The position numbers were made by a program, and so were the translations under genes. The notes beneath the pieces were generated by a model, which searched no databases, was not told where the DNA came from, and saw only the letters and a program-made list of their open reading frames with translations. A stretch of 64,000 nt of DNA from Verrucomicrobiota bacterium (GTDB taxonomy: Bacteria > Verrucomicrobiota > Verrucomicrobiia > Limisphaerales > UBA11358): positions 68,302 to 132,301 of the forward strand of contig JBEKHY010000002.1 in the NCBI GenBank assembly GCA_050012035.1, given 5' to 3'. Each line of letters starts with the position of its first letter. The stretch's first letter is position 1. This document shows positions 59,444 to 64,000 of the stretch, in pieces.

Positions 59444-61300
59444 ATGAAACTCGAAGCGTTACCGTGGCTGATTTTGTTCCTGCCGCTGTTCGCCGCGGCG
59501 GTCATTACGCTGTTCACGTTGAAACATCGCAACGTGAGCGCGCTCCTGTCCATCGGCGCGGTCGTCATCGGCTTCGTCTCCACCGTCGCGTTCATTGCGG
59601 CCAACGGCTGGGTCACCGCCGAGTCCGCCGTCAACTGGCTGTCCATCGGCGGCCTGAACATAGACTTCGGCCTGAAGCTCGACCGCTTGAGTGAGATGAT
59701 GATGCTCATCGTTACCGGCGTCGGCGGCGCGATCCACATTTATTCCTTTGGCTACATGCACGCTGACCGCGGCTTCTCGCGCTACTTCGCGTGCCTGAGC
59801 CTGTTCACGTTCTCGATGCTCGGCGTCGTACTGGCGAACAATTTCATCGAACTGTTCATCTTCTGGGAACTGGTCGGCGTGTCCAGCTATCTGCTCATCG
59901 GCTTCTGGTTTGAAAAACCCAGTGCCGCCGACGCGGCGAAAAAAGCCTTCTTCACCAACCGCCTCGGCGACTTCGGGTTTATGCTCGGCATTCTGGTGGT
60001 GTGGGCAACGCTCGGCTCGTTGAACTTCAGCACGCTCCAGGAAAAGCTCGGTGGAACTACCGCTGCGCTTGGCAACATCGCTTCGCTCGCCGGTCTGCTG
60101 ATTTTCTGCGGTGCGATGGGCAAGTCCGCGCAATTTCCGTTGCACGTGTGGCTACCGGACGCGATGGAAGGTCCAACGCCGGTCAGTGCGTTGATCCACG
60201 CCGCGACGATGGTGGCCGCCGGTGTTTACATGCTTTGCCGCGTGATCTTTTTGCTCGATGCCACCGCGCTGCAAGTCATCGCCTGGATCGGTGGCTTCAC
60301 CGCACTGCTATCCGCCGTTATTGCAATTCAACAAAACGACATCAAACACATCCTCGCCTACTCGACGCTGTCGCAACTCGGCTACATGGTCATGGCCGTC
60401 GGCCTGGCCGGCCCGACGCCCGCGATGTTTCACCTGACCACGCACGCTTTTTTCAAGGCGCTGCTGTTCCTTGCAGCCGGCTCGGTCATTCACGCGTTGC
60501 ATGAGGAACAGGACATCTGGAAAATGGGCGGCCTGCGCGACAAGATGGGCATCACGTTCTGGACTTTTCTGATTGGCACACTTGCCTTGAGCGGCGTGCC
60601 GCCGTTCAGCGGGTTCTATTCCAAAGACAGCATCCTCAGTCAGGCGCTGGAGCAGAAAAATTATCTGCTCTTTGCTGTCGGTGTCGGTGTTGCGGGTTTG
60701 ACGACGTTTTACATGTTCCGGCTTTTCTACGTCGCATTTGTCGGCAAACCTCAGACGGAAACCGCCGAACATGCCCATGAATCGCCGCCGATAATGACCT
60801 GGCCGTTGCTGGTTCTGGCGTTGTTCGCCATCATCGGCGGCGTCATCGGCACCAGCGAAATTTACAGCGCGCAATTTTCGGGCGGCGAAACCGTTTCGTT
60901 CGCGCAGAGAATTCTCGAACCGTTGCATTCACCGGTTGCAATGACTCTAGGCTTGCTGGCGGTGGCCATCGGCTTTTTCGCGGCGCGGAAGGTTTATCGT
61001 GACGCCGCCAGCGATCCTCTGCCCGCCAAGCTCGGCAAATTTGCCGTGGCCATGAAGAACCGGTTTTATTTTGACGAACTTTACGAAGCCACGGTCATTC
61101 GCGCGCACGATTTCATCGCGGCAGTGATGGACGTGATTGACCGCTGGTTCGTGGAAGGTTTTTGCATCGGCTTCGTTCGCGGCGGCACGGATTTGGCCGG
61201 CCGCGCGTTGCGCCTCATGCAAACCGGCAACCTCCAGACCTACGCCCTGCTGTTCGTACTCGGCGTGGCTGCGCTGCTGTATTTCGTTTTGTTGAAATAA
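59444..61300 (+). CDS. nuoL: NADH-quinone oxidoreductase subunit L
   Basis: WELVGVSSYLLIGFW, KSAQFPLHVWLPDAMEGPTPVSALIHAATMV. Confidence 0.97.
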   Translation: MKLEALPWLILFLPLFAAAVITLFTLKHRNVSALLSIGAVVIGFVSTVAFIAANGWVTAESAVNWLSIGGLNIDFGLKLDRLSEMMMLIVTGVGGAIHIYSFGYMHADRGFSRYFACLSLFTFSMLGVVLANNFIELFIFWELVGVSSYLLIGFWFEKPSAADAAKKAFFTNRLGDFGFMLGILVVWATLGSLNFSTLQEKLGGTTAALGNIASLAGLLIFCGAMGKSAQFPLHVWLPDAMEGPTPVSALIHAATMVAAGVYMLCRVIFLLDATALQVIAWIGGFTALLSAVIAIQQNDIKHILAYSTLSQLGYMVMAVGLAGPTPAMFHLTTHAFFKALLFLAAGSVIHALHEEQDIWKMGGLRDKMGITFWTFLIGTLALSGVPPFSGFYSKDSILSQALEQKNYLLFAVGVGVAGLTTFYMFRLFYVAFVGKPQTETAEHAHESPPIMTWPLLVLALFAIIGGVIGTSEIYSAQFSGGETVSFAQRILEPLHSPVAMTLGLLAVAIGFFAARKVYRDAASDPLPAKLGKFAVAMKNRFYFDELYEATVIRAHDFIAAVMDVIDRWFVEGFCIGFVRGGTDLAGRALRLMQTGNLQTYALLFVLGVAALLYFVLLK

Positions 61301-61301
61301 A

Positions 61302-62903
61302 ATGTCCATACTGACATACATTTTGGGCTGGCCGCTGCTGGCAGCGCTGGCCTTGGTCGTCGTGCCGCGCAATTACCGCGTCGTCATCCGCGCCGTCGCC
61401 CTGCTCGCCACGTTCATCCCGATGGCGCTGGCGGTGAAAATGTTTTGCCAGTTCGTGCCCGGCGCGAGCGGCTACCAGTTCGAACAGCAAATCCCTTGGG
61501 TCGAATCGCTCGGCATCAGCTATCACGTCGGCGTGGACGGCTTGAACGTCGGCCTGATTTTGATGGGCGCCATCGTCACGTTTGCCGCCGCGTGCTGCTC
61601 GTGGGAAATTCAGTCGCGCGAAAAGGAATTTTACATCCTGCTGCTGGTTATGAGCGGCGGCATCCTCGGCGCGTTCGCGTCGCTGGACCTGTTCTTTTTT
61701 TATTTCCTGCACGAACTGGCACTGGTGCCCACGTTTATCATGATCGGCGTCTGGGGCCGCGGCGAACGCAAGAATTACGCAACGTTCCAGATCACGCTTT
61801 ACCTCAGCATCGGCGCGCTCATTGCGCTCATCGGCCTCATCGCGCTTTATTTGCAATCCGGGGCGAACACGTTCGACATCCCGAAATTGATTGAGCACGC
61901 GAAGTCGAATCCGCTCGCGGCGAGTGCGCAGAATTTCATCTTCCCGCTGCTGCTGTTTGGCTTTGGAATTCTGGTTTCGCTCTGGCCGTTCCATTCGTGG
62001 GCGCCGCTGGGCTACGGTTCCGCGCCGTCGCCCACCTCGATGCTGCACGCCGGCGTGCTAAAGAAGTTCGGTCTTTACGGTTTGATTCGCATTGCGCTGC
62101 CGTTGATGCCACAGGCCGCCCACGATTGGATGAATTTCCTCGCGTGGCTCTGCCTCGGCAACATCCTTTATGTCGGCTGGGTAGCGATGCGCCAGAAGGA
62201 CCTGAACCTCCTCATCGGCAATTCGAGCGTGGCGCACATGGGCTTCGTTTTCCTCGGCATCGCCAGCCTGAACCTCATTGGCGTGACCGGCGCGATGGTC
62301 ATCATGATTGCGCACGGCTTTCTCGCGGCCCTGACGTTCGCGTTGAGCGGCTACATCTATCAACAGACCGGCACGCTGGAAATGAGCCGGCTCGGCGGGC
62401 TTTGCCGTCAAATTCCCTTTATTGGCACCGCACTCTTGATGGCGGCGCTGGCGGGCTGTGGTCTGCCGGGCTTTGCGAATTTCGTCGGCGAAGTCACAGT
62501 GTTCTTCGGCGCGTGGACGGTTTTTCCGCTCGTGACGGCGCTCGCGGTTTGGGGCGCGTTGTTGATTGCCGCGCTTTACATGTTGCGCGCGATGCGGAAC
62601 ATCCTGCACGGCCCGGTGCCGGATAAATGGTCGGGCATTCCTGACGCCTCGAATGTCTGGCGCAAGCTGCCTTACGCGCTGCTGCTGGCGAGCCTGTTCG
62701 TATTCGGCTGCTTCCCGCGTCTGCTCACGGACAAAATCACGCATGATGCGGAAAAGGTTGTGAGTATGGCAGCAGTTGAAAGTAGGACAGGCGTCTCGCC
62801 TGTCCAGCGAGCGCTTCGGCGCGAGAAAAACGGGGAAATTTCCGTCGGCTTCGCCGACGCAGGCAGGCGAGACGCCCGCCCTACTTTAATTCCAAATCAA
62901 TGA
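61302..62903 (+). CDS. nuoM: NADH-quinone oxidoreductase subunit M with REP-derived C-terminal tail
   Basis: GVDGL, WPFHSWAP, SSVAHMG, GLPGFANFVGE. Confidence 0.93.
   Translation: MSILTYILGWPLLAALALVVVPRNYRVVIRAVALLATFIPMALAVKMFCQFVPGASGYQFEQQIPWVESLGISYHVGVDGLNVGLILMGAIVTFAAACCSWEIQSREKEFYILLLVMSGGILGAFASLDLFFFYFLHELALVPTFIMIGVWGRGERKNYATFQITLYLSIGALIALIGLIALYLQSGANTFDIPKLIEHAKSNPLAASAQNFIFPLLLFGFGILVSLWPFHSWAPLGYGSAPSPTSMLHAGVLKKFGLYGLIRIALPLMPQAAHDWMNFLAWLCLGNILYVGWVAMRQKDLNLLIGNSSVAHMGFVFLGIASLNLIGVTGAMVIMIAHGFLAALTFALSGYIYQQTGTLEMSRLGGLCRQIPFIGTALLMAALAGCGLPGFANFVGEVTVFFGAWTVFPLVTALAVWGALLIAALYMLRAMRNILHGPVPDKWSGIPDASNVWRKLPYALLLASLFVFGCFPRLLTDKITHDAEKVVSMAAVESRTGVSPVQRALRREKNGEISVGFADAGRRDARPTLIPNQ
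62782..62884. repeat. REP doublet in frame at the nuoM 3' end
   Basis: gtaggacaggcgtctcgcctgtc ... ggcaggcgagacgcccgccctac. Confidence 0.88.
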
Positions 62904-64000
62904 ACTCTGCCCTGATAAGTTTGGAAGCCTGCGTCATCGCCCTCGGCGTCGTGCTGTTGCTGGCGGATTTGATCATGCCCGCCGAACGCCGGCGTTTCCT
63001 CGGTTACGCAGCCATCACGGCGCTGGGGCTGCTGCTGCTGACGAGCCTGAGCGGCTACGGCAGTTGCAGTCTGACAGGCACGGCGTTCAACGGCGCATTT
63101 GTCGAGGACGGACTGGCCGTGTTTTTCAAGCGCTTCTTCATCATCGCCGCCATTCTCGTGCTGTTCATGTCGGTGGAGTTTTCAGGGCAAATTGCCGCGG
63201 GCATTTCGGAATATTATTCGCTCATTATTTTTGCGTTGGCCGGCATGTTGTTTGCAGCGTCGGCAAATGACTTCGCGATGTTGTTCGTTTCCATTGAGCT
63301 TATCACCATCACATTTTATGTGCTCACGAGTTTTCAGCGTGGACGGCTGGTGTCGCTCGAAGCGGGCGTGAAATATCTGATTCTCGGCGCATTATCGTCG
63401 GCGTTCATGATATTCGGCATCGCTCTGGTGTGGGGCACGACCGGCAAGCTGAACTTCACCGAACTCGCTGCCGTCGTCACGCAGTTTGCAGGCAACAAAA
63501 TCTTTATGCTGGGTGTGCTGCTGGTGCTGGTCGGGCTCGGATTCAAAATCGCCGCGTTTCCATTTCAAATCTGGGTGCCGGACGTTTATCAGGGTGCGCC
63601 GACGCCGACGACCGCCTTTCTCGCCGTTGGTTCCAAGGCCGCCGGGTTTGTGCTGCTGCTGCGCGTTTTGTTCACCGCCGTTCCCAGCATCACGGCGCAT
63701 TGGGCGGATTTACTCATCGTGATTTCGGGCATCACGATTCTTTACGGCAACCTGTGCGCGCTGCCACAGCGTAATCTGAAGCGATTGCTCGGTTATTCGA
63801 GCATCGCGCATGCGGGTTACCTGCTACTGGGCGTGGCGGCGTTGAGCGCGAGCGGCCAGGCGGCGGTGCTGTATTATCTGGCCGGCTATTTATTCACGGT
63901 GCTGGGAGCGTTCACAGTGATTTGTCTCGTGATGCAACACGCGGATGCCGAGGAAATTCCCGCATTGGCGGGCTTGAATCAGCGTTCGCCGTTGCTGGCC
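62900..64000 (+). CDS. nuoN: NADH-quinone oxidoreductase subunit N (3' partial)
   Basis: Manual translation: EAGVKYLILGA, FKIAAFPFQIWVPDVYQGAP, NLKRLLGYSSIAHAGY; ATGA overlap with nuoM. Confidence 0.95.
   Translation, partial: MNSALISLEACVIALGVVLLLADLIMPAERRRFLGYAAITALGLLLLTSLSGYGSCSLTGTAFNGAFVEDGLAVFFKRFFIIAAILVLFMSVEFSGQIAAGISEYYSLIIFALAGMLFAASANDFAMLFVSIELITITFYVLTSFQRGRLVSLEAGVKYLILGALSSAFMIFGIALVWGTTGKLNFTELAAVVTQFAGNKIFMLGVLLVLVGLGFKIAAFPFQIWVPDVYQGAPTPTTAFLAVGSKAAGFVLLLRVLFTAVPSITAHWADLLIVISGITILYGNLCALPQRNLKRLLGYSSIAHAGYLLLGVAALSASGQAAVLYYLAGYLFTVLGAFTVICLVMQHADAEEIPALAGLNQRSPLLA

Overview
This is a GC-rich bacterial chromosome segment whose gene content and repeat style resemble Verrucomicrobiota (inference). 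Core genes are mutS, dinG, a DAHP synthase, rsfS, nadD, cstA, prfA, rpmE, mnmG (containing a parS site), pgi, lptF/G, ubiE/menG, two tmk-like genes, nuoB-N and four canonical tRNAs. The most striking signal is a GTAG-type REP/REPIN family acting as an in-frame coding parasite. A complete REP-associated tyrosine transposase (RAYT) domain, flanked by two REP doublets, sits in frame inside DinG. Stop-free REP doublets are also translated inside mutS (twice), cstA, nuoG and nuoM. The 3' end of dinG is reiterated in a tandem array alternating with REP doublets. Other notable items are a 3067-bp IS1-family element carrying an atypical tRNA-like gene in the transposase leader plus ClpP-like cargo; a phcB-phcS-phcR-like fatty-acid methyl ester signalling cluster near fadL, an apparently catalytically dead GDSL protein and an alpha/beta hydrolase; a duplicated conserved-ends/variable-core membrane-protein cassette; and a tRNA-Gln lying antisense inside the nuo operon. 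All calls come from reading the sequence only; no database searches were run.
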